Assembly (NCBI GenBank): GCA_049322215.1
Contig: JBMORU010000001.1
Coordinates: 452,023-516,022 of the forward strand
DNA length: 64,000 nucleotides
Source: Patescibacteria group bacterium
Lineage (GTDB): Bacteria > Patescibacteriota > WWE3 > UBA101185 > UBA10185
Direction of reading: 5' to 3'
Positions 38,207 through 48,600 of the stretch are shown here, one piece after another. Under the pieces are notes generated by a model. That model ran no database searches. It saw nothing but the letters and a program-made list of their open reading frames with translations, and had not been told where the DNA came from. Positions within the stretch are counted from its first letter, which is position 1; every line of letters starts with the position of its first letter. Made by a program: the position numbers and the translations under genes.

Positions 38207-38737
38207 CTAATAAACTATTTCAACATTAGCTGGTAAGCCTTGTTTTATAATGTTTAAATCCTGTTCAGAATATGCGTTTCCCGATAAATCTAACTTTTTC
38301 AAATTCTTAAGGTTTCCTAGTTCGTAGGGAAGTCCTGTTAATTTGTTATTAGCTAAGTTAAGTACTTCTAAATTTTTAAGTTGTCCCACTTCTGCGGGTA
38401 CACCAGTCATTTGATTGTTACTTGCATCTAATACATGTAAGTTACTTAGATGCCTTATTTCTGCGGGCAAAGCGCCTGTTAAATTATTGTTTGAAATATC
38501 TAGCACTTCTAGTGAAGTTTTGTTTAAAACATATGAGGGTAGTTTATCGAGATTTTGTCCGCTTAAGTTTAATGTTTCACCATTTGGTTCTTCTTTAGCA
38601 CTATCGTTTAAAGTAGTTGTTGTATTGGCTGGTTTATCTACAGTTTTTTCTTCATTATTTTTTTGAGTTGTTTTTGTAGAAACCAAAAAAAATGCAAGTG
38701 CCCCAATAAGGAGTAGAATTATAATGTTTTTTAACAC
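38207..38737 (-). CDS. membrane-anchored leucine-rich-repeat (LRR) protein
   Basis: N-terminal TM, then 5-6 consecutive LxxLxxLxLxxNxLTG repeats (LEVLDISNNNLTGALP, LHVLDASNNQMTGVP, LEVLNLANNKLTGLP, LKKLDLSGN). Confidence 0.75.
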   Translation of the reverse strand: MLKNIIILLLIGALAFFLVSTKTTQKNNEEKTVDKPANTTTTLNDSAKEEPNGETLNLSGQNLDKLPSYVLNKTSLEVLDISNNNLTGALPAEIRHLSNLHVLDASNNQMTGVPAEVGQLKNLEVLNLANNKLTGLPYELGNLKNLKKLDLSGNAYSEQDLNIIKQGLPANVEIVY

Positions 38738-38780
38738 GTTTACATTATAGCATCTAGATAAAAGTTCTACTGTGGTCTTT

Positions 38781-39737
38781 TTAATTAATACTTAACGTAG
38801 TTATAAAATCAGGAGTATTTGCATTGTCGGCGGTTGTAACTGTTTCTATATAAATCCCATCAATATTATTTTCAATATCGTTTACTAAATCACTACAATG
38901 ATTCCAGTTAAACTTTGGTTTTTCATTAGTGCATGAAAAGTAGTTTTTATCTGCTAAAACACATTGCTTTGGGTTTAGGGTTACATACACTTTAATATTT
39001 GGATTAATATTTTTTAATTCAGCAGAGGTTCTTTTAACTTGCGTACTAACATTTGTATCGCATTGTTCAGCAATTTGAGTGTGTGTTCTCAAAATTATTC
39101 CATAAGCTTCGCTAATTAGTTTTGCGGTGTCTTCATTTTTTGAAACTGTGTTTAGCTCATCAAGAGTTGGAGAAAATATAAAACTGAAATCATTGCTTTT
39201 TGCATACTGTAAAAATTCTTCAGTATCTTGTTGTTTTATGTACGAATTGTATAAAATTCCTTTTGTACCTAACGATTTAGCTAGTTCTAAATAGTTAGCA
39301 AAATTACCTTTTGGATCTCTTTGTGATAAAAGCTTTTGTGCAACTTGAAAGTTTGTAAATTCTAACCATTTATCTTCTTCTACAAACTGTAATTTAAACA
39401 TTTCTGAAGTAAATTGGTTTTCAGCTTCTGTAATATTATTTCCTTTTATTTTTGCTGTAATAATAAACGGTCCTAAGTTATGTAATATTCCACCACCAGT
39501 ATATGTGTAAGCGTCTACACCCATTACATATTCATAATCCCCTTTGAGGTTAATTTTTGTTGTAGTTGTTTCACTACCTGTTTCGTTTGATTTAGTGACT
39601 TCTGGTGTTTTAACAGCATTACTATAAGAATCATAGTTTATGGCTCTAATTATTAATACAGCTACAAATAAGCCTACAAGTATAAATAGCACAATTAAAG
39701 ATAAATAGCGTTTTTGTGCGCCAACACTAGGTTGCAT
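38781..39737 (-). CDS. membrane-anchored secreted hypothetical protein (318 aa)
   Basis: N-terminal TM helix, extracytoplasmic Cys pairs. No motif recognised. Confidence 0.5.
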   Translation of the reverse strand: MQPSVGAQKRYLSLIVLFILVGLFVAVLIIRAINYDSYSNAVKTPEVTKSNETGSETTTTKINLKGDYEYVMGVDAYTYTGGGILHNLGPFIITAKIKGNNITEAENQFTSEMFKLQFVEEDKWLEFTNFQVAQKLLSQRDPKGNFANYLELAKSLGTKGILYNSYIKQQDTEEFLQYAKSNDFSFIFSPTLDELNTVSKNEDTAKLISEAYGIILRTHTQIAEQCDTNVSTQVKRTSAELKNINPNIKVYVTLNPKQCVLADKNYFSCTNEKPKFNWNHCSDLVNDIENNIDGIYIETVTTADNANTPDFITTLSIN

Positions 39738-39828
39738 AACGTAGTTACATTAGACCTTTTAGGAAATTTTATGTCAAGATACTAAAGTTAAATTTCCTTA
39801 AGGCATAATTATTTGTATACTAGTAAGT

Positions 39829-40221
39829 ATGAGAATGAAGTTATTGTTGGTTACTATACTTATCCTATTGGGTATTGGTGTGATTGTTTTAAAAAATACA
39901 GGCCCGGTTGCTACTGCTTTGAGGAGTTGTTATGAATGGGCAGATAATGAATTTACTAAAGACAGGCTTGATTCTGAGGCCTATGGTTGGAGTGATGAAA
40001 AACTTTGTAAAGAAAACTCTAAAACGCTTCAATCTCTCGATTATTGCGTGTTAAATATTGGCCTTGATTTAGATAGAACAGAAAAAGAAGTGAAGAAAAC
40101 TTTTGACTTTATGACCTTTATGCGCCCCAACATTAAAGATACCAATGAACGCAAAGCAGCTCACAATCGTTCTTGTATTGAGTATTCTGAAACATTGTTG
40201 AAGCTAAGAGTTGTTCAATAA
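39829..40221 (+). CDS. small secreted Cys-containing hypothetical protein (130 aa)
   Basis: Signal peptide MRMKLLLVTILILLGIGVIVL. Confidence 0.45.
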   Translation: MRMKLLLVTILILLGIGVIVLKNTGPVATALRSCYEWADNEFTKDRLDSEAYGWSDEKLCKENSKTLQSLDYCVLNIGLDLDRTEKEVKKTFDFMTFMRPNIKDTNERKAAHNRSCIEYSETLLKLRVVQ

Positions 40222-41250
40222 ATGCACATCTCTTTGAGGAAAAGGTATCGTTATGTTTTCTCTTCTTAGTGTTGCATAAATGTCTTTTATTAGCTCGTGT
40301 CTCACTTTTTCTGCTTGGGAGGGATTTGCTACAACAGCAAACGCCTTTAGCTCTATAGAAGATTCTCCAAAGTTTTTATATCGAACAATTGGTTGTGGGT
40401 GTTCAACTACACTTTTGTGGTTTTTTAGTGTTTGAACTATTACATTTTCTGCATGTTCCAAATTTGTGTTATACGCTATTCCAATACTTATACCTATTCG
40501 GAGTTTAGGATCAAATCCGGTTTCATTAATTACTGCGTTAGTTACCATTACACTATTTGGCACTGTTAATAAAACATTGTCTAATGTGCGAATTTTTGTA
40601 CTTCTCATTCCTATCTCTATTACTTCTCCCTTGTACAAGTCACTAAAAATCACGAAATCGCCAGTTTTGTAAGGTTTGTCAAAGAATACAGATATTCCAC
40701 CAAATAAATTTGCAATTGTGTCTTTGGCAGCGAAGGCAATTGCTAAACCTAAAACTCCTGCCGAGGCTAATGCCGGGCGTATATCTATTCCCCAAGAACT
40801 TAGTATTATGAGCAATGCAGCTAGAATTATTGCTAATTTCGTAAGTGTATATAAAAATGGCAAAACATCATTAATTCTGTTTCCTTGCTCTTTTAATGCT
40901 CTTTCTTCTATCTCTTGAAATATAACCTTTGAAACTTTGGTAAAAGCTAGTCCCCATAAAATTGTACTTATCGTAAACAATAAATTTTTGAGTAAGTTAA
41001 GATGATTGTGTAAAAATGTAATTCCGTTGAGCGCAATATAAATACCACCTAAAACAATTGACCAAAAAATTGGACTGCTTACTATTTTTAGTATTTTGTC
41101 ATCAGCTTCTGTTTTAGTTTTTTTTATAAGCTGCTTTAATACGATTCCTGTGATAACATTTGTCAGTACAGCAGTTACTATTGCAAGTAACACAATCACA
41201 ATTGGCTCAAGAAATGGATAGCTTTTTAATATATAAGTAAGTTCACTCAT
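40204..41250 (-). CDS. mechanosensitive ion channel, MscS family
   Basis: TM helices followed by DKPYKTGDFVIFSDLYKGEVIEIGMRSTKIRTLDNVLLTVPNSVMVTNAVINET (MscS beta-domain signature). Confidence 0.8.
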   Translation of the reverse strand: MSELTYILKSYPFLEPIVIVLLAIVTAVLTNVITGIVLKQLIKKTKTEADDKILKIVSSPIFWSIVLGGIYIALNGITFLHNHLNLLKNLLFTISTILWGLAFTKVSKVIFQEIEERALKEQGNRINDVLPFLYTLTKLAIILAALLIILSSWGIDIRPALASAGVLGLAIAFAAKDTIANLFGGISVFFDKPYKTGDFVIFSDLYKGEVIEIGMRSTKIRTLDNVLLTVPNSVMVTNAVINETGFDPKLRIGISIGIAYNTNLEHAENVIVQTLKNHKSVVEHPQPIVRYKNFGESSIELKAFAVVANPSQAEKVRHELIKDIYATLRRENITIPFPQRDVHLLNNS

Positions 41251-41264
41251 TAACTAAATAATAC

Positions 41265-41567
41265 ATGTATACAAAGGGTTTTTACAAAGGACAAACAAAC
41301 GAAGAAATAAAAGAGGAAATAATGGCTGAGGGTTTTGTTCCAGTGAAAATAACAAATTCCTCAGGGTATGTTTATAATGCTCATTCACACTCAGAGACTA
41401 AACTGCTCGCTTTTTTGCAAGGGGGTATGGAAGTTCGTGTAGAAGAAAGCTTTTTTAAGTGTTCTGAAGGGGATAAACTAGTTATACCGGGCAACAAAGT
41501 ACATTCCGCAATTGTTTTATCTGGAGGTTGTGTGTTTTACTGGGCCGAAAAACGGGTTAGTGTTTAG
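41265..41567 (+). CDS. cupin-fold small protein
   Basis: HSHSETKLLAFLQGGMEVRVEE...GDKLVIPGNKVH beta-barrel pattern. 100 aa. Confidence 0.45.
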   Translation: MYTKGFYKGQTNEEIKEEIMAEGFVPVKITNSSGYVYNAHSHSETKLLAFLQGGMEVRVEESFFKCSEGDKLVIPGNKVHSAIVLSGGCVFYWAEKRVSV

Positions 41568-41577
41568 TACCAGTGCT

Positions 41578-43323
41578 TTAGTTTTCGTGTAGTGCTTTTA
41601 AGGCGGTTTGAGCCTCAATAAAGTTTGGATTTATTTCTACTGTCTTTTCAAAGTATTCAATTGCTTTTTCTCTATTTCCTCTCTGTGTTTCTATTAGGCC
41701 TAGCTTATATGTACTTTGAAATAGCTGTGGATTTATTTCGTACGACTTTTTTAAATAAGTTTCTGCATTGTCTAAGTCTCCTGCTCTCATGTAGGTAAAT
41801 CCTAAATTATGCATTGCCTCAAAGTAGGTAGGATTAATTAGCAGTGCTATTTGAAATTCGCTCACCGCTCTTTCGTAGTTACCCTCAAGGGCATATACAT
41901 CACCCAGGTTGTTGTGTACTCTTGCCGAGTTTGGTGACGTTTGGGCTGTTGCCTCCCATAGTGACTTTCTTGTTTTCCAATCGGTATTTCTCTTTATTGA
42001 TCTGGCAGAATATGTTACTACCAGCAAAGTCAGTAATACTAAAGTTAGAGCATTATTTTTGGTTTTCTTTTCTAATTTTAGTAAAAACAGCGCTACTAGT
42101 ATTCCAAATGCAATTGTAGAAATATACAAGTAGCGGTCTGCTATAAACCACGCAACCTGAATAGGGCTAAACACAGGACTAATAGCGATAAAAATCATAG
42201 CTATTAGTCCTGCATAGGTTCGTTCGTTTTTCTTCCATAAGTATACAATTAATGAAAACGTTATTATTGTTGCTATGATCATTAGGTTGTATTTAACTGT
42301 AGTTATAGGTTCTCCCTCGTGGTATATAGTTAGGTTTTTTGGGAAAATAAGTAGCTCCAAGGTTTTAAATATAGTGTAAGGAATTGTTTTATATAAAGGC
42401 TCTTGCCTTCCTGCTAAACCACCGGTTAGTTCGATTTTTGACTGTAGTACACTTTGCAAAAAAACTAGCAGTAGGGGAATGCTTAAAAACATAGGGCTAA
42501 TTTTTATAGCAGATTTTATATTTATCTTTTTTTCTAAAAATAGCTGATCAATTAAAAGTATTAGAAAAGGAATAACCAATGACCAGGGATTTTGACTTAT
42601 AAGCAACATACCAAAAAAAAGTATTGTAGGTGTAACGGGCCATTTGTATGCTTTTGTATTTTTGTACCAAACATATGAAATTGCCACAATCAAAAATGTT
42701 GTTGCGTTGGTTAAATAGTTTATAGCCGAAATCCAGGAAACCGCTTCTGTGTTTACTGGGTGTAGTGCAAATATTAACGATGTAATCATAGCAACTCTTT
42801 TTCCAAATATATTACTTACTAAAACAATTACTAAAACAGTGTTTAGTATGTGTAAGCATAGAGAGAATAAGTGTAAAGGCAGTTGCTCTGTTCCAAATAA
42901 ATTATAAAAAAGGGAATAGATAATATTTTGTAAGTTAAATTGGCCAATACTTTGTGGATATTGTTTTATGCTTGGGTTATTTACAAATCCGGGTATATCG
43001 TCTGAAATAAATTCGCCATTAAGTGCAACGGCATAAACAATTAAGCAGAAAACAACCAATATAGTAATGAAGTCTATGTTAGCCCTGAAAAACTGTAAAA
43101 AGTCATCTGCGGTTTTTAGTTCAATCGCAAGATTTGAGGCTTTCATGTCGTTTTTGTATGCTGTAATTTTTGTGTCTTTTCCTAATTTTTTTAGATATGC
43201 CTTAACACTTTCTTGTGGAAGTTTAGTTTTTATAGCCAATTCTTCTAAAGTGAATTTACTGTAATTTGTTCTTATAAACTTTTTTTGACCTTTTGTAAGT
43301 TTCATTAATATTAATTTTAGCAA
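41578..43323 (-). CDS. polytopic membrane protein with C-terminal TPR repeats, GT-C-like (PMT/TMTC-like O-mannosyltransferase family) glycosyltransferase candidate
   Basis: About 11 TM helices. Early extracytoplasmic loop with DD (GEFISDDIPG). C-terminal about 150 aa form 4 TPR units (AQTSPNSARVHNNLGDVYALEGNYERAVSEFQIALLINP...). Confidence 0.55.
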   Translation of the reverse strand: MLKLILMKLTKGQKKFIRTNYSKFTLEELAIKTKLPQESVKAYLKKLGKDTKITAYKNDMKASNLAIELKTADDFLQFFRANIDFITILVVFCLIVYAVALNGEFISDDIPGFVNNPSIKQYPQSIGQFNLQNIIYSLFYNLFGTEQLPLHLFSLCLHILNTVLVIVLVSNIFGKRVAMITSLIFALHPVNTEAVSWISAINYLTNATTFLIVAISYVWYKNTKAYKWPVTPTILFFGMLLISQNPWSLVIPFLILLIDQLFLEKKINIKSAIKISPMFLSIPLLLVFLQSVLQSKIELTGGLAGRQEPLYKTIPYTIFKTLELLIFPKNLTIYHEGEPITTVKYNLMIIATIITFSLIVYLWKKNERTYAGLIAMIFIAISPVFSPIQVAWFIADRYLYISTIAFGILVALFLLKLEKKTKNNALTLVLLTLLVVTYSARSIKRNTDWKTRKSLWEATAQTSPNSARVHNNLGDVYALEGNYERAVSEFQIALLINPTYFEAMHNLGFTYMRAGDLDNAETYLKKSYEINPQLFQSTYKLGLIETQRGNREKAIEYFEKTVEINPNFIEAQTALKALHEN

Positions 43324-43342
43324 AAGTTTCTATGATAGTATT

Positions 43343-44824
43343 TTGTGCAGAGTTTTTGATAAACTTGCTTTAGTGTTTTTAACAAAACCTCGGTTGTACA
43401 TTTTAATAGTGTTTTGTATTTTTTTGCTTTTGCGCTTACCTGGTTTAGGTACCGATATTTCAAACTCTGATTCACTGCGCTGGCATAGAAGATCTGAAAG
43501 ATTTTTAGACGCACTAAAACAAGGGGATTTCAAACAAACATATCAGCATTATCAACCTGGTGTTACATTAATGTGGGTTAATTCTTTTGTTAAACAGGTA
43601 GGCTTTTCATATCAACTTACGTATACAGATACCCCTAAAACGCTAGAGAATGCTGATTGGTTTCCTATAATTCATGGTTTTTCTAAGGCAGTATTAGTAG
43701 CTTTTAACGCTATGGTGCTTGTATATACTTTTTATTTGATTAAAAAATTATGGAACTTTCAAATAGCCGCTTTTTTTATTTTCGTTTTGGCTTTAGAACC
43801 TTATGTTATAGGAATAGATCGGTATTTTCACTTAACTTCCCTTGAAACTTACCTTAGTTTTGCCGCTTTTTTATCTGCGTTGGTTTGGTATAAAAACAGC
43901 GCACGTAAGTATTTAATACTTTCTTCACTTTTTTTAACACTCTCTATTTTGGCAAAAACCTCTACGGGAATAACCTTGCCTATTTATTTGGTTTTATTTG
44001 CACTTAAGTTTATTAAAGAAAAAAACTATGACTTTTTATATTTTGGGATTTCTACCTTTTTCTTTGGATTTTTATTTTTTCCGGCATTTTGGGTAGATTT
44101 TATTTTTGTTGTGCAAAAGTTAGTTTTTGGTGTAACTAATGCCATATCTGATGATTCTCGAAACTTTTATACTGGATACTTTTCGTTTTTCTTTTATCCC
44201 TTAGTTTTGTTTTTCAAAACTTCGCCAATATTTTTTGTTTCTCTTATATTTAGCCTTGTAACTTTAGTTAAAGATAGAAAGACATTTAATAATAAAATGC
44301 TTATTTTTTACTTTCTTTTGTATTTTATTTCTTTTTCCATTTCAGTAAAAAAAATAGACAGGTATAGTTTTTCACTAATAATTCCGTTGGCTTTATTTGT
44401 GGCTCAAACATTTTCTAAATTAAATTTAAGGTCTCAAAGGCTAATAATTGCGTTGTACGTGGTTTTTAGCTTTTGGAGTATAGTTACATATTTTCCTGTA
44501 TTTTCGGCATATTATTCTCCTTTGGGGGGAAATTCTTTAGCAAAAAGGCTTAACATTTTTGATAACAGTGGAGAATATTTTGCCCAGGCTGCTATTTATT
44601 TAAACAAATTTGGTAGGGATGTGGTTGTGTATGTTCCACATAATATAGAAACTTTTTCACCGTTTTTTAAAGGCGAGTTATCACGCAGCTTCACCTTAAA
44701 TACTGATTATATTGTTGTGTCTTCAAACAGATTAAGTACAGTTCCGCCTGAATGTGGTAATCTTCATACCACCTTTGGGAATTATCTTTCGAACGAAGTA
44801 TTTATTTACGAGTGCTACAATTAA
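43343..44824 (+). CDS. polytopic membrane protein, ArnT/PMT-like GT-C glycosyltransferase candidate
   Basis: 12+ TM helices. First loop carries DS/DxxxR (GTDISNSDSLRWHRR). Length and topology fit GT39/GT83. Divergently transcribed from the TPR-GT-C gene. Confidence 0.45.
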   Translation: MCRVFDKLALVFLTKPRLYILIVFCIFLLLRLPGLGTDISNSDSLRWHRRSERFLDALKQGDFKQTYQHYQPGVTLMWVNSFVKQVGFSYQLTYTDTPKTLENADWFPIIHGFSKAVLVAFNAMVLVYTFYLIKKLWNFQIAAFFIFVLALEPYVIGIDRYFHLTSLETYLSFAAFLSALVWYKNSARKYLILSSLFLTLSILAKTSTGITLPIYLVLFALKFIKEKNYDFLYFGISTFFFGFLFFPAFWVDFIFVVQKLVFGVTNAISDDSRNFYTGYFSFFFYPLVLFFKTSPIFFVSLIFSLVTLVKDRKTFNNKMLIFYFLLYFISFSISVKKIDRYSFSLIIPLALFVAQTFSKLNLRSQRLIIALYVVFSFWSIVTYFPVFSAYYSPLGGNSLAKRLNIFDNSGEYFAQAAIYLNKFGRDVVVYVPHNIETFSPFFKGELSRSFTLNTDYIVVSSNRLSTVPPECGNLHTTFGNYLSNEVFIYECYN

Positions 44825-44827
44825 CCT

Positions 44828-45385
44828 ATGGATCCTGAAACAAAGCAAAAACCAAGTGCAGTCGCAGAATTATTCGAAACTTTTATAGTCTCTATAGTTT
44901 TACTACTTATAGTGTATTTAGTATTAGCTTTTCCGGAAGTTGTATTTGGAGCAAGTATGGAACCCACTTTAAAAACTGGAGATAGAATTTTGGTCGAGCG
45001 CGTTACCAAAAGATTTAATGGGTTACAACGTGGAGATGTGGTAGTTTTACATCCTCCTGGTGATGATGACGTTGATTACGTTAAGCGCGTGGTGGGTATA
45101 CCTGGAGATATTTTTAAAATTGATGACTGCAAAGTTTATATTACGCGTGCGGGAGAAAAGTATGAACTTGACGAACCCTATTTAGCATTAGAAACTTGTA
45201 CTAGCGGAGGAGATTCAATTAAAGAAGGTAGAGCCTTAAAGTTAGAAGAAGATGAGTATGTTGTGCTAGGAGATAACAGAACAAGGTCAGTTGATTCCAG
45301 GTCTTTTGGGCATATTACAGAGGATCGTGTATTGGGTAAGGTGCTTGTAAGGTTTTGGCCGTTAAATAAGTTGAATGTTTTTTAA
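44828..45385 (+). CDS. lepB: signal peptidase I (S26)
   Basis: GASMEPTLKTGDRILVER (Ser nucleophile box), RVVGIPGD, GDNRTRSVDSRSFG (box E). 185 aa. Confidence 0.9.
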   Translation: MDPETKQKPSAVAELFETFIVSIVLLLIVYLVLAFPEVVFGASMEPTLKTGDRILVERVTKRFNGLQRGDVVVLHPPGDDDVDYVKRVVGIPGDIFKIDDCKVYITRAGEKYELDEPYLALETCTSGGDSIKEGRALKLEEDEYVVLGDNRTRSVDSRSFGHITEDRVLGKVLVRFWPLNKLNVF

Positions 45386-45488
45386 ATAATTAAAGAAATT
45401 TAGTGTATTGATCCTCTAGCATATTTTCTGTAACATTTAAAATTGCAGTAACATATGCTGTTTAACTAAATAAGTTATTCAATAATTG

Positions 45489-45517
45489 TTGACACTGACT
45501 TTGTGCTGTGATAATGT
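45489..45517 (+). promoter_or_regulatory. sigma70-like promoter for the rpoBC operon (TTGACA ... TGtGATAAT) with about 130-nt structured leader
   Basis: -35 TTGACA at 45489-45494. Extended -10-like TGTGATAATG at 45507-45516. Confidence 0.4.
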
Positions 45518-45646
45518 TCACCAGCACAATTTAGTTGCGCAACTCTTGGCCAAGAAATTTCCAATAATGTTGCGTTTCCGTCTAGGCAGTGCATAATCAT
45601 GCGCTGTTTGTCAGTATTTTTTTAAAATTTATGAAGGGTCAATTGA

Positions 45647-48600
45647 ATGCGTCACAATTTATCCAAAAGGAAAAATGTCCTGCCACTACCTAATTTATCA
45701 ATGGTTCAACAAAATTCCTATGATTGGTTGCAATCTTACGGAATTACCGAAGTTTTAGAAGAGCTGGGTCCTGTCGAAGATTATACAGGGCGTGGTTGGC
45801 TATTAACTTTTTCTAAACCAACTGTAGAAAAAGAAAACATTTCAATAGATGAAGCGTTAGAATCAGGAAGAACCTATGACGCACCCTGGTATTTAACGGC
45901 TACTTTAGAAGACCCTATTGCAAAAAAGAATAAAGTTCAACAAATATATATGGGTGATATTCCCTTAATGACATCTAAGGGTACCTTTATTATTAATGGA
46001 GTAGAAAGAGTCGTTGTAAATCAACTCACCCGTTCAGAGGGTGTTTTATTTACTGATAGCATTTCTCCCACTACTGGAAAGACTCTAGGTGGTGCAAAAG
46101 TACTACCAAAAAACGGCGTTTGGCTAGAAATTGAAACATCTAGAAACGGTGTAATTAGCGTAAAAATTGATAGAAGAAGAAAACTAACTATAACTTCTTT
46201 ATTAAGAGTTTTCGGTTTAGAAGATGATGACGACATAAGAGATGCTTTTGCTGCAGTAGATGCTGATCCTGAAATTAGCTATATAGAGTCTACTTTAGCC
46301 AAAGATCCTGCATCCTCTGTTGAAGAAGCTGCTATCGAAATTTATAGAAAAATGCGTCCCGGCGAACCTTTAGTTTTAGAAAATGCACAGGCTCTAGTTG
46401 AATCTATGTTTTTTAATCCTAGACGCTATAGTTTAGGAAGTGTTGGTAGATTTAAACTAAACCAAAAGTTAGGTTTGAATTTTCCTAATGAACCTGAACA
46501 TAGACTTTTACACTTAGAGGATTTAATCAAAATAATTGAAAGAATAATATTAATAAACCGCGGTGAAGCAGAAGCTGACGATGTGGATAACTTAGGTAAT
46601 CGTCGCGTAAGAAGCGTAGGTGAATTGTTACAAAACCAAATTCGTATTGGTTTCTTACAAATGGAGAAGAATATTAAAGAAAGAATGAGTTTGCAGCCAA
46701 GAGACGAATTACCCGAACCTTCTGTTTTAATTTCACCTAGATCAGTTACTGCAAAAATTCACAGTTTCTTTGCTTCTGGTCAGTTATCTCAATTCCAAGA
46801 CCAACAAAACCCACTAACATCTTTAGATCATTTGAGACGTTTATCGGTTATGGGTCCTGGAGGTTTAACAAAAGAACGTGCAAGTATGGCAGTAAGAGAC
46901 GTGCACTTTTCTCATTACGGAAGAATTTGTCCTGTACGCACACCAGAGGGTCCAAACATTGGTCTTATCAATTATTTAGCTATGTACGCTCGTGTAAACG
47001 ACTACGGCTTTTTAGAAACCCCATATTTCAAGTTAGAAAAAATGGAAGATGGTAGAGTAAAAGTTACAGACGAAATAGTATACTTGGCAGCTTACGATGA
47101 AGAAGGTATTTACATAACTGATGGATCAGTAAGTGTTGATGAAAAAGGTTTCATAACACAAGATCAAGTTCCTCTTAGAAAAGGTGGGGAATTTACTTTG
47201 GGCGCTGCAACACAAGCTGAATATATTGAAATAGTTCCTCAGCAAATAGTAGGTATTTCTGCAGGACTTATACCCTTTTTGCAAAACGATGACGTAACTC
47301 GTGCTCTTGTAGCTACACAACAAATGTCCCAGGCCGTGCCTTTAATTCATGCAGAAGCACCTATTGTAGGTACCGGTATAGAAGATGTTATAGCACAAAA
47401 TGCAGGTATTGTTATTAGAGCTGAAGAGCCCGGTGAAATTGTTTATGCTGATGCCAATAGGGTTGAAGTTAAATATAAGGGTAGCAATTCGGCAGTAACT
47501 TACAAAACTCAAAAGTACATAAAATCAAACCATGACACCTGTTTTAATCAAATAGTTAAGGTTAAAACCGGTGATAAAGTAAAGAAAAACGATATCTTAA
47601 TTGAGGGTCCTGCTTCTGTAAATGGTGAATTAGCAAACGGCACAAACGTTAAAGTAGCATACATGATTTGGGAAGGTTATGAATACGAAGACGGAATAGT
47701 CATTTCAGATAGATTAGTGCAGGATGATGTTTTAACATCTGTACATATTTCTGATTACTCCGTTTCTGTTTTAGAAACAAAATTAGGCCCTGAAGAAGTT
47801 ACCCGCGATATCCCAAATGTTTCTGAGGAAGCATTAAGAAGCTTAGATGCACAGGGTATTGTTGCTATTGGATCAAAAGTTAAAGCAGGTGATATTTTAG
47901 TAGGTAAAGTTGCTCCAAAAGGTGAGGTGGAACTTTCTGCAGAAGAAAGACTATTAAGAGCTATTTTTGGTGAAAAAGCTAAAGATGTAAGAGACAACTC
48001 ATTGGTAATGCCTCATGGTGAGCACGGTACCGTTATTGGAATTAAAACAGTCACTAAAGATGACAATAACAATTTATCTGCAGGTGTATTAAAAGAAATT
48101 ACTGTTTACACTGCACAATTAAAGAAAATCCAAGTTGGTGACAAACTAGCGGGTCGTCACGGTAACAAAGGTGTTATTTCAGCAGTAGTTCCCGTAGTAG
48201 ATATGCCAAGAATGGAAGACGGAACTCCTATTGATATTGTTTTTTCATCTGAAGCAGTACTAAAAAGAATGAATGTAGGCCAAATACTAGAGGCTCCTAT
48301 TGGACTTGCGGGTAGTAGGCTTGGCAAAAAGTACTCAGTTCCCGTATTTGAGCGTTTCTCAGAAAAAGACTATGAAGATGAATTGGTTGAAGCCGGTTTA
48401 CCTAAAACAGGAAAAATGCGTTTAGTAGATGGTCGTACTGGCGATTACTTTGATGGTGAAATAGTTGTAGGTGAAACGTATTTATTAAAGTTATATCACT
48501 TAGCTGAAGATAAAATGCATGCTCGTTCCACAGGACCTTACTCTTTAATCACACAGCAACCTTTAGGAGGTAAAGCTCAATTTGGTGGTCAAAGATTTGG

